Shown here one piece after another: positions 1-12,693 of a stretch of 64,000 nucleotides of DNA; positions within the stretch are counted from its first letter, which is position 1; every line of letters starts with the position of its first letter. The position numbers were made by a program, and so were the translations under genes. Origin of the DNA: Felis catus. Taxonomy: Eukaryota. The stretch spans positions 74,588,001 through 74,652,000 of the forward strand of contig NC_058368.1 of assembly GCF_018350175.1 (NCBI RefSeq), read 5' to 3'. The notes below the pieces were generated by a model. It made no database searches and had not been told where the DNA came from. It saw only the letters and a program-made list of their open reading frames with translations.

Positions 1-285
1 AGATACTTAGGGTCACTGTTACTTTCCCTTCAAGTTTTTCCTATCACCTTTTCTCTTCTGTGACTGGAATAACTACAAGTGGCTACTAAGGGGAGGTAGA
101 GTGAGGACACTTTTAGTGGGTATGGTGTTGTGGTTCGCATCGCTCCCTTGCATATATCTCACAATTGCCCTCTGTCCTGGGGTGCAAATTATTCCCAAGA
201 ATGCACCTGCTTCCTCCATCTTGTCACACTGTTTCGCAACTGGAACATCCGGGACCTGTATTCAAATTGTGACGTGAAGTGTTCT

Positions 286-298
286 ACACACACACACA

Positions 299-342
<44 letters not shown>
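286..342. repeat. (CA)n microsatellite
   Basis: Direct CA run with one CGCG interruption. Confidence 0.97.
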
Positions 343-345
<3 letters not shown>

Positions 346-979
346 CTTCGAAGTATGTGAGTCACGGAGGAAAATCGAGGTCGACAACGTACGGAGCCAG
401 AATTAAATCCGGAGAAGTCTCAAGATGTCACATGCAGACTATTATTCTTAAGGTCACGGGATCCTTATCAGCTGAACGTTCTTTCTTGTCAGGGATGTTC
501 TTAATGATGCATCGCATAAAATTATACATTTATATTACATTTAATTTTTCTTCTTTGATGAGTATCAGGCAAAATGGAATTTTTCAGAATTCTTATATTT
601 TCAGAGGAAAACTTGCAGCAGCACTGCAAAAAATAGGTATGTCTGGAACAGGTCAGAGGGGGAAGAATTTGACCAAGATTTCCCCAAATTTGAAAACAGT
701 CCTACAACTGAAAGAAACTTTTCTGAACAATCAAAAGTGTAAAGCAACTTTTGCGTAGTCAAGCTAAAAGAAAGAGCAAATGATCTTTTTATCTCTACAG
801 AAAATATTGTATCATGTTTTGTCATAGAAAGGTGATCAAAGCATATGTAACTCAATATGAGGGAAGTATTACAGAATTTGTCAAGCAGTCAGTTAATCAG
901 AATATGTAGACCTGGTCATTGGAGGTATTTTTCATCATTTATTATTCGTTGAGCATTTTGAAAGACTTTGATTATGTTC

Positions 980-1122
980 ATTTTTAACAACTCTACTGAG
1001 ACACTTTTTCCATATTAAAGTTGTATGTATTTAAGATATAAAGCTCAGTTGTTCACTATAGGTATACCTTGTGAAAAGGTTATCACAATCAAAATAAATA
1101 ACATATGCATCACCTCACGTAG

Positions 1123-1159
<37 letters not shown>

Positions 1160-1262
1160 ATGTCTTTGTGCATGTATTGAGGTTTAAGACATATCCTCTT
1201 AGCAAATTTCAAGTATACAGTACAGTATTAACTATTGTCACCATGCTGTACATTAGATGTCC
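980..1262 (-). mobile_element. L1 3' end fragment (L1MA9/L1MA10-like) containing a (TG)n tract
   Basis: catcacctcacgtagttac-(tg)n...ctcttagcaaatttcaagtatac...attgtcaccatgctgtacattaga matches the remembered reverse complement of L1MA 3' UTRs. Confidence 0.85.
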
Positions 1263-1383
1263 CTCTTTTCCATACATTTTTATGAGTTTGTATCATCTTT
1301 CTTAAAATGGAGCTTTGAATTATGCATAAAGCAGACCCCACAGAACTCTGTTCACATCTGAATATGGTCTTTGATTTTCTCTG

Positions 1384-1427
<44 letters not shown>

Positions 1428-1779
1428 CTTTTTTTTAAGATTTTATTTTTTAGGGGCGCCTGGGTGGCGCAGTCGGTTAAGCATCCGACTTCAGCCAGGT
1501 CACGATCTCGCGGTCCATGAGTTCGAGCCCTGTGTCAGGCTCTGGGCTGATGGCTCAGAGCCTGGAGCCTGTTTCCAATTCTGTGACTCCCTCTCTCTCT
1601 GCCCCTCCCCCATTCATGCTCTGTCTCTCTCTGTCCCAAAAAAACATAAATAAACATTGAAAAAAAATTAAAAAAAAAATTTATTTTTTAAGTAATCTCT
1701 ACCCCCAATGTGGGGCTTGAACCCAGAACCCCAAGATCAAGAGTCGCATGTTCTACCCACCGAGCCAGACAGGCATCCC
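1428..1779 (-). mobile_element. Older short CanSINE (tRNA-like head, no CT tract), split by a younger SINE
   Basis: 1691-1779 reverse complement reads gggatgcctgtctggctcggtgggtagaacatgcgactcttgatcttgggg...gtagagattact; T-rich tail at 1428-1452 and 1681-1690. Confidence 0.8.
1453..1679 (+). mobile_element. CanSINE, young SINEC_Fc-like
   Basis: ggggcgcctgggtggcgcagtcggttaag head, CT tract, A tail; TSD about tttatttttta. Confidence 0.97.
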
Positions 1780-2405
1780 AAACTCTCTCTCTCTCTCTCT
1801 TTTTTTTGGTAGTTATTTTGAAAATAGGAGTTTTTTTTTTAATTTAACAAATAAAATTATAAAATTCTAAGATTCTTTTTTTTAATTTTAAGATTTTTAT
1901 GATTTCTTAAGACTCAAAAGTTCTTATGCTATGTTGGCATGCTGAATAACAACAGCAAATTTATTTTTTGGAAAAATAATAACATAAAGGAATTAAAGGA
2001 AACTATTTTGGTATACTAATTGACTAACTACCACAAAGTATGTACTAAAAGTTATCTCATATTAATGTTTTATGAAGGGAAGCAATATATTCTACATTTT
2101 GATTTGTTGATAAATTTCAAATAAATTTTAAATCATCATATAATTTCTAATACATTTTAAATCTATGTTATCATTTAGGAAAAGACATAATGTTGGAAAA
2201 AGTACCAAAATTATAAAAACAAAACATATCCTTATAATTGCATACACTGTGTATATAATACAAATTATCTAAAACGTTTATTAAATGTAGATTAATCATT
2301 TATCTGTGCACTTTGAATTTTTCATTGAGTAAAAAATAGTCATCACAGATTAAATATGTATTCATTGAATCATCGCGATTACTCCATTAAAATATAGTAA
2401 ACAAT

Positions 2406-2625
2406 GGGGCGCCTGGGTGGCGCAGTCATTAAGCGTCCGACTTCAGCCAGGTCACGATCTCGCGGTCCGTGAGTTCGAGCCCCGCGTCAGGCTCTGGGCT
2501 GATGGCTCGGAGCCTGGAGCCTGTTTCCGATTCTGTGTCTCCCTCTCTCTCTGCCCCTCCCCCATTCATGCTCTGTCTCTCTCTGTCCCAAAAATAAAAA
2601 TAAACGTTAAAAAAATTAAAAAAAT
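2406..2625 (+). mobile_element. CanSINE, young SINEC_Fc-like
   Basis: Full head, CT tract and tail; TSD atatagtaaacaat. Confidence 0.97.
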
Positions 2626-3038
2626 ATATAGTAAACAATTTTTATTTTCATTGTGTGTGCAAAATTCTAAAAACTGCATTATTGTCATTTTGGATTTCTG
2701 AATCCATGCTATTATAGAACACGCCCAAGTTCTTTCCCTCATTTTATTAGGTTGCAAGTGACGTGTTTTCATGTTCTGTGCAGGCATAAAGCGTATTAAA
2801 AGGGGATTATTTGGAAAGACTCATCCAAAGGATCTTAAGAACGATGAGAATAGGATGAGAATGTTAAAATAACAATTTCTGTTAACATAATCTATTTTTC
2901 CTCCAGATTTTTTGCTTTCAGATTGAAGAAGGCACGACTTCACTTGCCTAGGAAAGCAGCCTTGGAAACACAGGCTTTGGGAAGAAACCTGACAAACAGC
3001 CACAGAATTCCTACCAGGGAAAACATGGGGCCGGATGC

Positions 3039-3059
3039 GGGGGGGGGGGGGGGGGGGGG
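3039..3059. repeat. G21 homopolymer
   Basis: 21 consecutive G. Confidence 0.95.
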
Positions 3060-4712
3060 TGCCGCCTGCCTGTAGAGTCAGCTTCGTACCAATTACACTG
3101 CACTTCAGGAAAAGTGCTTTTGAATCGTACGTGCGCTTTTAAAAATAAAACTTGGGGAGTTCTTCTCTGTTGAAACCATCTGAGCTGTCAGTTTAGCTAA
3201 CCTTTGTTTGCCTGTCACTGAGTTCCCGTGATTAAATGCGAAGATTATAATCATTAACCGTGCCTCGGGTTCACTGTGGGTGGAATTTGATGTGCGGGTG
3301 ACATTCTGTTTACACGATGGAGTCAAAATCAGACTTCATTTTTTCTAGCTCAGCACCCAGAGGTCTCTGGGTTAGCTACCGAGGGCCAGCGCCCTAGTGT
3401 TTCCCGGCTGTGGATTAAATGTCGCCTCTGGATCTGCTGGGAAGGTTGTCCCTGCATCCCGGGACCCAGGCACCCCCTTTTACGGAGACACATCGTGGGG
3501 GCCACTTAACTTGATAATTTTCATCCCTGTGGAAATATTCTCTTTTACACATTTTGGCCATGAGGCAATTTTAATGAATATGTTCGTTTCTCATGTTGGT
3601 TTATTGCTATAAATGGTGGTGACAAGGATGGCCAAATAATGCTGAAGTTACTCTCCTACACCTGCTAGCAAAGCAGATGCAGGTTTGGTAGGCTAAGGCA
3701 CAAAGTGATTTTTCCAAGAGTAGGCCAGTTTTGAATACCATGTGTAATAACCATGTGTAATAACGTTACATGGTTATGACCATGTGTAATAACGTTAAAT
3801 GTGTTTATTGGCTATGCGCGAAAAGAACTTAGTAACTTGCTTACAATGGTAAGCAATTTAAATTCAAACCAACTACTTCCTTCTTTTTTTTTTTTTTAAG
3901 GTTGACTTCAATTCCATCTGAGGAGACCACAAAACCAGCCTGCACTTCTGGCCAATATTTAACAGTTGAAGAATGATAAGTTGATGATATATATTTACAT
4001 CAGTATTATTTTACTCTCTACTGCTGCTATTCTCTTGCTTTTTGAATATTGAGAGCAGATTTGTAATTTTTTTTTTTCGGAGGGGGTCGATTTCTAATTT
4101 GTAATTTTTACTCCCTGTAATAGATCAAAGCTTTTTCTAAATATGTAAATTTGCCATCCAACCTCCTTCAAAAGCTACATCTTTGGCATCTGATCAAATG
4201 GTTAAGACCCATTGATTTACTGACTACCTGAGTTTCTGAGATACAATGAATACAGTCACTAAATGAGTCATGTTTCAAAGAGAATAAGGAAAGATCCTCA
4301 ATAAAATACTTATAATTTCAAATTACTTTCCTAGATTTTCTGTTCGGCTTCAATAATTGATACGGTAAATAAAATTAGAAATAACCAAAATTGAGTTGCA
4401 TATTAATAACTTTCCTTTTAATTGCTAATTAGGGAAAATATTATTTGCCATAAAAACATCACCTGGCAATTTCAAATAACATCTCAAACATCCTTGGAAG
4501 TAATGAGTCTCGCTTGGAAAGTAATAAAGTATTCAGGCTGTACAATTCCAAAAAAACTGTAGAAATAGTTGTCTCATAAAAGGATCCTGATGCCCTTTGC
4601 AACATATACACTGATCTTTACTTCAATTCAGAGAATATGCTTTTTTTTTAAATATATGGAATCATGACCGAAGTGTGATTGCAAGAGTATTGAATTGAAA
4701 TTAAACATGTTT

Positions 4713-4920
4713 GGGGAGCCTGGGGGGCTCAGTCAGTTGAGTGCCACACTCTTGATTTCAGCTCAGGTCATGATGCCAGTGTTCCTCAGAGAGAGCCCCA
4801 TCTCGGGCTCTGTGTTGACAGCAAGGAGTCTGCTTGGGATTCTCTCTCTCCCTCTCTCTCTCTGCCCCTGCCCCGCTTGTACTCTCTCTCTCTCCCTCAA
4901 AATAAATAAACTTAAAAAAA
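4713..4920 (+). mobile_element. CanSINE, older subfamily
   Basis: ggggagcctggggggctcagtcagttgag...ctcttgatttcagctcaggtcatgat...gcttgggattctctctc, A tail. Confidence 0.93.
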
Positions 4921-5599
4921 TGCAATATGCTTACTGTGAATCCACATAATCATCAAGGCAAAAACAATCGAAGAGATAATGATAGTATTTGAAATCGGGT
5001 CAATTATGGCTGTGACGCACTGATTAAAAACCATAGATGAATCCTAAGTGAAGACATCTTGAATACTGCGTTTAGAGGGTTGATCGGTCTAGGCATCGTG
5101 TGGCCGTCCTGCTGCTAAGTCTTCTCTGACCTTTGCTGTTTTCATTCATGTTATAGTGATTTTTCCAGTTGTTTTCATTCATGTTATAATGATCTCTGCA
5201 GTGGGATGGCTTTCTTCCCTCCTAGTCATCCACGCCCCAGGGGAGGAAGGCGAGGAAGATGACCACAGCCCTTATAAAGGCTCTGCGGTGGCTCCTCAAT
5301 ACTGCCCTTTTGGGTAAACTTGCAAGAGAAGTCAGGGTCAAGGGAGATACTGTGCAGAATGCTTATAACGGAGACAGGTGCTTTCTTATGAGACGCAAAT
5401 CTACCCTAAGACATCATCTCCTGGGGCCACAATTATTCCAACATAACTTTGATGGACAAAAGTAACACGTTCTCCTCACCCCACCGCCCGGACGTATATG
5501 GCACATCATAAAAGAGATCTGCGGGCACCTCGGGAACAAACAAACGTGGGACAAGGTCAAGTGAAAGTCACGCGTGGTTCTAGAACCAAGAATGAAATA

Positions 5600-5845
5600 G
5601 TAATAAGACTAGTACTCACAGTAATAGTAATAAACAAAAATGAGTTCTCTTGTGCTGAGTGCTAATTGTGTGCGAGGCATCAGTCAAATTGCTTTACATG
5701 TATTAACCAATTTAATTCCCAAACCACTTGATTGGTTTTACTTTTACCCCTGTTTATAGATGCTGAAAATGGAACAGAGAGGTATAGTAACTGCCCCGTA
5801 TCACACATATAGAAACAATAAATGATGATCAGGACACAAATGTGA
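5600..5845 (-). mobile_element. MIR SINE
   Basis: tgctttacatgtattaaccaatttaattcc...tttatagatgctgaaaatggaacagagaggtatagtaactgcccc matches the MIR core reverse complement. Confidence 0.7.
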
Positions 5846-7370
5846 ACACGTAAAAAAAAAAAAAGAAAAGAAAAGCACAACAAATAAAAACACTGTGTCT
5901 ACAATGAAGGCACATGTGTGATGTTTCCATGTTCCTGCAAGAGATATGTGGAAGGATTGTCTCAATACCAATAATGGCTATTTCAAAATGGCAGGACATC
6001 TAGTGGGAATTTTCTTTATATATTTATCTTTCCTTTGATTTATTTTTAATAATGGCCCTTAGGTCATATTTTGACTGGAAACCTTAGTCTAGACAGCTCA
6101 GCTAGAAATGTAAGATCCTGGTCCTAGAAAGTAGACCTGAGACAATATCGAGGCTCTCATCCTAAAGACATGGCCTCTCAGTTTGGAAACACAAGCCCAA
6201 ACACAAAGAAGACTCAATACTTAATACTCAAACTGTCCTGGTGGGATTCCTACCCAATGTTGGCTACACAAGTCTGTAGATTTCATGAAGAATGCAAGTG
6301 ACTCCTTAAAGGAGTAGTTAAGTAATCCCTTACCGAGAGCTACCAAATCAAGTAAATATTTGCCAATAATTTAAACAAGAATTGTATTCAGACAACAACC
6401 CCTCTATGGACATATAGGTTTTCCTTTTCCCATAGGCTGGGGTACATGCCATAGAGGTTTTTAAGCATCTTGAAGGTCATCCTGCCCATGTCTCATACTT
6501 GACTAGTTTCTTATTTCTGCTGATCCTTAACCTGCCACTGACTTGAGCTCTTTGACTGCCTGGGGTATTCCATCACCCTGTCAAGATGGCTTCCGCTCTT
6601 TGCTACCCATTACTTCATCCCACAGTCTTCCTATCCCACACTGTGTCTCCCTACCTTCACTCATTTACCCTGGATCCCTCTCTCCTCTGTACTTACCAGA
6701 TATTTTTCACCTTTTCTGACACAGAGCAATTGTGTTCTGAAATCCATGCCCTCAGGATCTTACTTCCCATTCAAGTAGCTTATTAAAGTTTTTTAAAATT
6801 TTTTTTCCTCCTAAGGAGAAAGACTGTTCCCTATTTAAAAATTTCTTTTGTTCTATTACCTAAACATATTGTAAAGAAAAGTACATTAAGTCACCTTATT
6901 GCTTTTTTTTTTTTAAATTCCCTCATCAAATCTCTACTCCTAATTGGTTCCTTTGCTAGAATCTGTCCCCAAGACACCAACACCAGAATGATCTTCCTAA
7001 ATCGCCACTGTGATCATTTTATTCACTCCCTCAAGTCTCCCCATCATCTAACTAACAAAGCTCAACCTTGCGTCATCAGACGTGTCCACACAGGCAGGTT
7101 TGCTTCTCAGCATATCCAGCTCACAACCCCCCATGGCAGTCATCCTCGACTACTTGTATTTTTTCCAAAGGTGTCCGTGCCTCTCTCCTCACCCTTTCGC
7201 TCCCCGTGGCATGGACTTTTCCCAACCAACTTTTTCACAGAATAACAATTAACACTATTCATGTAGACTTCATATCTCTTTTAAAGGTCTTAACATCATC
7301 CCACATTGGGTTAGCCTCTGTCTTCTTGTGTTCATCGAATTGCCTGTGGTTCTAAAATACAGCTAACGGA

Positions 7371-7591
7371 GGGGCGCCTGGGTGGCTCAGTCGGTTAAGC
7401 GGCCGACTTCGGCTCAAGTCATGATCTCGTGGTCCGTGAGTGCGAGCCCCGCGTCGAGCTCTGTGCTGACAGCTCAGAGCCTGGAACCTGTTTCAGATTC
7501 TGTGTCTCCCTCTCTCTCTGCCCCTCCCCCGTTCATGCCCTGTCTCTCTCTGTCTCAAAAATAAATAAACGTTAAAAAAAATAAAATAAGA
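7371..7591 (+). mobile_element. CanSINE (felid)
   Basis: Full length; TSD taaaatacagctaacgg. Confidence 0.97.
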
Positions 7592-8024
7592 TAAAATACA
7601 GCTAACGGCACTCATCTCTACTTCTTATCTGCATGTTTGTTCAACCAAATAGCAGGCATTTTTCAACCTGAAAATCCACAATCATATTTAACAACTCTTA
7701 AGCATTAATACACATTAAATGAGCAAGTGACTTTACAGTTCATGTGAAATGTTAAAATTCAAAACTATTCATAAATATGAAAAAAACTGAGACACATCAC
7801 AACTGAACAATTTTAATGCCCTCGTAAACCATCAACCAAAAAAATCAATAGAATTTGCATTACATTGTAATGCTAGATACCGGAGCACCCGGCTAAGAGT
7901 TACTGAAATGTCTTGCAAATCAACACTTTAAAGAACTTAAGCTTTACATATGCGAGGTATTTTATATCACGGGTATGCCTTACAATAAATGCCTAGGCCA
8001 TCTATGTCAAAACTTAAGACTATT

Positions 8025-8245
8025 GGGGCGCCTGGGTGGCGCAGTCGGTTAAGCGTCCGACTTCAGCCAGGTCACGATCTCGCGGTCCGTGAGTTCAAGC
8101 CCCGTGGCGGGCTCTGGGCTGATGGCTCAGAGCCTGGAGCCTGTTTCCGATTCTGTGTCTCCCTCTCTCTCTGCCCCTACCCCGTTCATGCTGTCTCTCT
8201 CTGTCCCAAAAATAAATAAAAACGTTGAAAAAAAAATTAAAAAAA
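8025..8245 (+). mobile_element. CanSINE, young SINEC_Fc-like
   Basis: Full length; TSD aaaacttaagactatt. Confidence 0.97.
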
Positions 8246-8759
8246 AAAACTTAAGACTATTATTTCTAACATCAAATCTGCTCAAATAATAGCCCAATAT
8301 TTGAAATCGAAGTTATCTTGAAAAACTCTAGGGCACGTCATTTCATTTCAGGGGAGGTAGCTCTTCCTTTTCTGCAACCCTGCTGTGGGGGCTGACAAGC
8401 AGGAGACTCGATTCTGGTTTTAACACACGGGCCTTGCCCAAATCAGTCCCTGAAATGCTAATTGAGGACGCGGGAGCAGGTAATTCACCAAGGTATTTTT
8501 AGTTCATACCTTGATATGACTTTTTTTTTGTCATTCTTAGACTGGCCACAGTCTGGCCATGTCTGGGCCATTTAATCTTTCACCTCTGCTTGAAAGCAGG
8601 CAGCTGGCCTTTCCAGAAGAGACCCCAGCAGGTGCTCCGCATTTGTGGCCTTAACTCTCATTGTATTTCAATTCTCTCTGGCTCATTCCACATCTGGAAT
8701 TCCTGTCCTTGCTCCCAGTTACCCCCCAGTGTTGCCCCATGAGAGGGTTTTAGTTTATT

Positions 8760-8927
8760 TAGCGCTTCTCAGACTTGAATGAGGATAAGAATCACCTGGA
8801 GATCTTGTTTAAATGCGGATTCTGATTGTGTGGCTCCGACGTGGGGTTGGGAGAATTTTCATTTCCAACACGTTCCCAGATGAGGACGCTGCTGGTTATG
8901 GGTCACAGATCATTTTGTGTAGCAAGA
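8760..8927. mobile_element. MER5-family hAT-Charlie DNA transposon fossil
   Basis: ttctcagactt...agaatcacctggagatcttgtttaaatgcggattctgatt...catttccaacacgttcccagatga matches the remembered MER5A/B consensus. Confidence 0.8.
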
Positions 8928-9130
8928 GTGTAGTTCACAAAGCACAGATTATTGGAGTGATTATATGATAAGTTTGTTTAGATTTTGGACTCTGGTTTCA
9001 CTATTTACTAGCAGGGGAACCTTGGGCAACCTGTATAAACGTTCTCAGCTTCAAGGAACTTTTCCTATAAAAAGGCCTGTTAATACTTCAGAGGGTTCAT
9101 GGGAGGACAGGGGATAATACAGTTCAGTGT
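8928..9130 (+). mobile_element. MIR-like fragment
   Basis: ctggtttcactatttactagcaggggaaccttgggcaac...ttcctataaaaagg. Confidence 0.5.
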
Positions 9131-10515
9131 CCGGTGCCTTTTAAATGGGAGGTTGCTCCTTAATGTAAATGGCCTTCTTTGCCTCTCCTTGTCCCCTTGA
9201 TCTTTCAGCGTGAGTCATTTACTGAGGGAGTTTGTCACTCATTTTCTCCTGCCTCTACTTGGTCCTTTCCCGCTTTTAGGTTCGTCTCTGGCGCCGTGGT
9301 CTATTATTCATTGATTAACTGACCATTCACTAACGATCTTTCATACCCACATCTTTCTTCATAGACAGACCCTCCTGAGATCATGGGGACCCACAACGGT
9401 GAAGCTTTGGTAATGTGATGCTCTCATGACAAAAGCAAACTTTTCTTTTGCAGGTCGAACGTTAGCATCCCTCCAGTAAATTTTGTGAAATTCACTGAGG
9501 ACAGTGAAATTCAATGAGAATTTTTACTGGGCTGTCTAACTCGGGGTGCTCGGTTAAGGTCACCCCTTGCCTCGTACAGACGTCTGTCCTGATAAATGGG
9601 CATATAATAAAGGCCTGTTTTGCCAGTGTGCATAATTACGTATGTGATTTTTCCTGAATTGGGTTTGATAGAACAGTTTGATTTTAATAAGACAGCTTTA
9701 TTATTCATATGATCCAGAATAATCCATTTCAGCTGATGATTATTTTTTTTAATGCTTAAACAGTTTTGGAGTGTCAATTAAAAGGAGCTACAGAACATCA
9801 CTGCCATCATCATTGTGGCATTTGTTGTATAAACAATTAAGTGCATTTGATCCTGAAATTAAGCAAGCAGGGAAATATTCGAACAAATGTACTGCAAACC
9901 AAAATAACATGACAGATACGATTTATGCATGAAGGCTATGGGAGGTGACATATTTTTTAAATTGTCTATCATTGATGCTATGTTAAATAAAAACGTGTTA
10001 TTTGTGGCATTTGAATCAATTATACATTTTAATCCAACTTTTGTTTTGATGCTATGCCCTTCCACTCAAAGATCTAAGCCGTCTACCTACAGGGGGAGAG
10101 CATCCCTTAGTACACTAACTAATGAATATCACAACATCTTTTATTTCCTGAATTTCCCCGATTCAATGGGAAAAGTTACGTTAAGCACTGCATTGGAGTC
10201 TTTCTGACATTGTTAGTCTGGCATAATATAAGAAATATTTTGGGGCTAAATTTTCATCCTGGTGTAAAAGTGGTAAATTAAGCTTTTCTTGCAAGCAGTT
10301 TTACTCCTGTTAAAAATTTTGTTCCAGGTACCTAACTAAAATAGAAGATTTAAAAACTGTGCATGACCTAGTACTCTTCTGTGAACAAATTTATAATCTG
10401 CCTTGCATCAAAGCGCACATATACGTGCACACATCTGCACCATAATATGTGGGTCCTTTGTGTCTATCAGACAGCTGTATCCATTCAGATTTTACATTTA
10501 AAATGCCAGGATTCT

Positions 10516-10753
10516 GGGGCGCCTGGGTGGCTCGGTCGGTTAAGCGTCCGACTTCGGCTCAGGTCACGATCTCGCTGTCCGTGAGTTCGAGCCCCGCGTC
10601 AGGCTCTGTGCTGACCGCTCGGAGCCTGGAGCCTGTTTCCGATTCTGTGTCTCCCTCTCTCTCTGCCCCTCCCCTGCTCCTGCTCTGTCTCTCTCGGTCT
10701 CAAAAATAAAGAAACGTTAAAAAAAATTATAAAAAATAAAAAATAAAAAAAAA
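10516..10753 (+). mobile_element. CanSINE (felid)
   Basis: Full length; TSD taaaatgccaggattct. Confidence 0.97.
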
Positions 10754-10935
10754 TAAAATGCCAGGATTCTAAGCCAGATATTTTTCATAGGTTTGACTAG
10801 TGTGCTTAACATGAAAAGTTAAATACAAAAGGACAGATGAGTATGAAATGTTTTGTCTTTCTTTAAAAAGGGACTTTTTAAATTTTATTTTTGCTTCTTG
10901 GATGCATTACTACATGAATATGGGTGGGCGCTTCA

Positions 10936-11058
10936 AGGTGATGCCCATTGAGGAGGGCACTTATTGGGATGAGCACTGGGTGTCGTAGGTAAAAGACGGA
11001 TTACTGGGTTGTACTCCAGAAACCAAGACTACACTGTATGTTAACTAACTTGAATTTT
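10936..11058 (+). mobile_element. 5'-truncated carnivore L1 3' end
   Basis: ggtgatgcccattgaggagggcacttattgggatgagcactgggtgtcgta...acactgtatgttaactaacttgaattt matches carnivore L1 3' UTR. Confidence 0.85.
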
Positions 11059-11060
11059 GA

Positions 11061-11104
<44 letters not shown>

Positions 11105-11105
11105 A
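11059..11105. repeat. (GAAA)n microsatellite derived from the L1 tail
   Basis: Direct repeat immediately after the L1 3' end. Confidence 0.95.
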
Positions 11106-12471
11106 CGAACTAAGTTGAGGATTCACTTAATAAAAAAAAAAGAGGTATTTATTATATAAAACATGGTTTTCCATGTTTTCCAAACTTTCCTGCCCATGAA
11201 GGTTTTCATTTTTATTTTTTTAATGAATCATCCAATAGGCCTGTAGAATATACTAGCACTTGAATTAACAAGCCCAGTTTGCATCCTGGTTCCAAACATC
11301 AGTTACAAGGAAATGTTTTAATATCATTCAACACTGGCATTTTCTAAGGAAAGGGAAACTGAGAACAGACTTTATCCTCTCAAGTTGATGCAGAAATACA
11401 TCAACTGTTTAACACTGTTCCTTCCACTAGTAATTGATTAATACATTTCTGCTATTGTTGTCATTTATTTAGCTTCTTTTCATTATATTTGAAGTAATCA
11501 TATCTGAGAGACCTCCCAAGTCATTTTAGGATCCATTTACCCCAAAATTCTTCCCACGTTCTTTCTTGCTTAATGAAATACGGTGTTCCCTTCTGACATT
11601 AGTATTTACCTGAATTGGCCCCTGTCAAGTAACTAATCCAAAAAAAAAAAAACCCACATTTGTTATATGTTTCCTTTCTCTCTGTCCTGATTCCCCAGGA
11701 CAAATGGAAACCGAGCTGGGTACCTGGATGGATAGGTAAACGTCAGTCTGCAAACAGTGATATTAATCATGCTACATGAACAGGTTCATTACCCTAAATT
11801 TAAATTTATTAAAAACTGGAGAAATAGATCCAATCTAAATCCGTATTCTTGGAATTAGATGATCATAGTTTCCAAACTCATACTGGACTATCTCCTTCTC
11901 AAGGTGGAAAATTCACCCAAATTCACAAAGACCTAACATTCTACATATTCTAATATTAACATTTATACTCAGTGATCTAATAAGAGTATTCATATTTAAA
12001 TATAGTAGCAACTAACATTCCTTAATCTGGTTGCCTAGGTTAAATATTAATCATAATAGATTCAAAGAATATACCTATTTTTGTTCCCTAATTTTGCATC
12101 TCAAGGAGCCATCCAAGAAGGAGCACAGGATTTTAATTTCAATTACTTTAGCCAAGTGTTCACCAATGAAATGTAACAAAAATAAAATCACGTAATAAAT
12201 AATATATTTTATGACCACATGCAATCACGAATAAATGTGACCCACCTGTATCAAAATGATATTTCTATTAGATAATATAAGTATGATATTCCTATTGAAT
12301 TTATGTTTGGATACCACTGATTTTATATTTATCAAAGTAATAGTCATGAAGAAGTCAACTAGATTAAATGTCTATTGCAATAGAAGTTTATATAAGGGAA
12401 GTCTATTGAATTAGATGTAAATTTTTAAACAATTATTTCAGCTCTAAAGATTATGTCTCTGTCCAGATTTC

Positions 12472-12693
12472 TTTTTTTTTTTATTTTTTTAACATTTATT
12501 TATTTTTGAGGCAGAGAGAGAGACAGCATGAACAGGGGAGGGTCAGAGAAAGAGGGAGACACAGAATCTGAAACAGGCTCCAGGCTTTGAGCTGCCAGCA
12601 CAGAGCCCGACGTGGGGCTCGAACCCACGGACCTCAAGATCATGACCTGAGCCGAAGTCGGACGCTCAACCGACGGAGCCACCCAGGCACCCC
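12472..12693 (-). mobile_element. CanSINE (felid)
   Basis: Full length on minus strand; flanking direct repeat ccagatttctt. Confidence 0.96.

Noticed and set aside
279..758. 159-aa ORF with an HT repeat
   Set aside because: It starts at a non-ATG codon, runs through a (CA)n microsatellite and has no recognisable domain.
1691..1779. tRNA-like sequence with A and B boxes (also in all SINE heads)
   Set aside because: tRNA-derived SINE heads followed by tails and TSDs, not tRNA genes.
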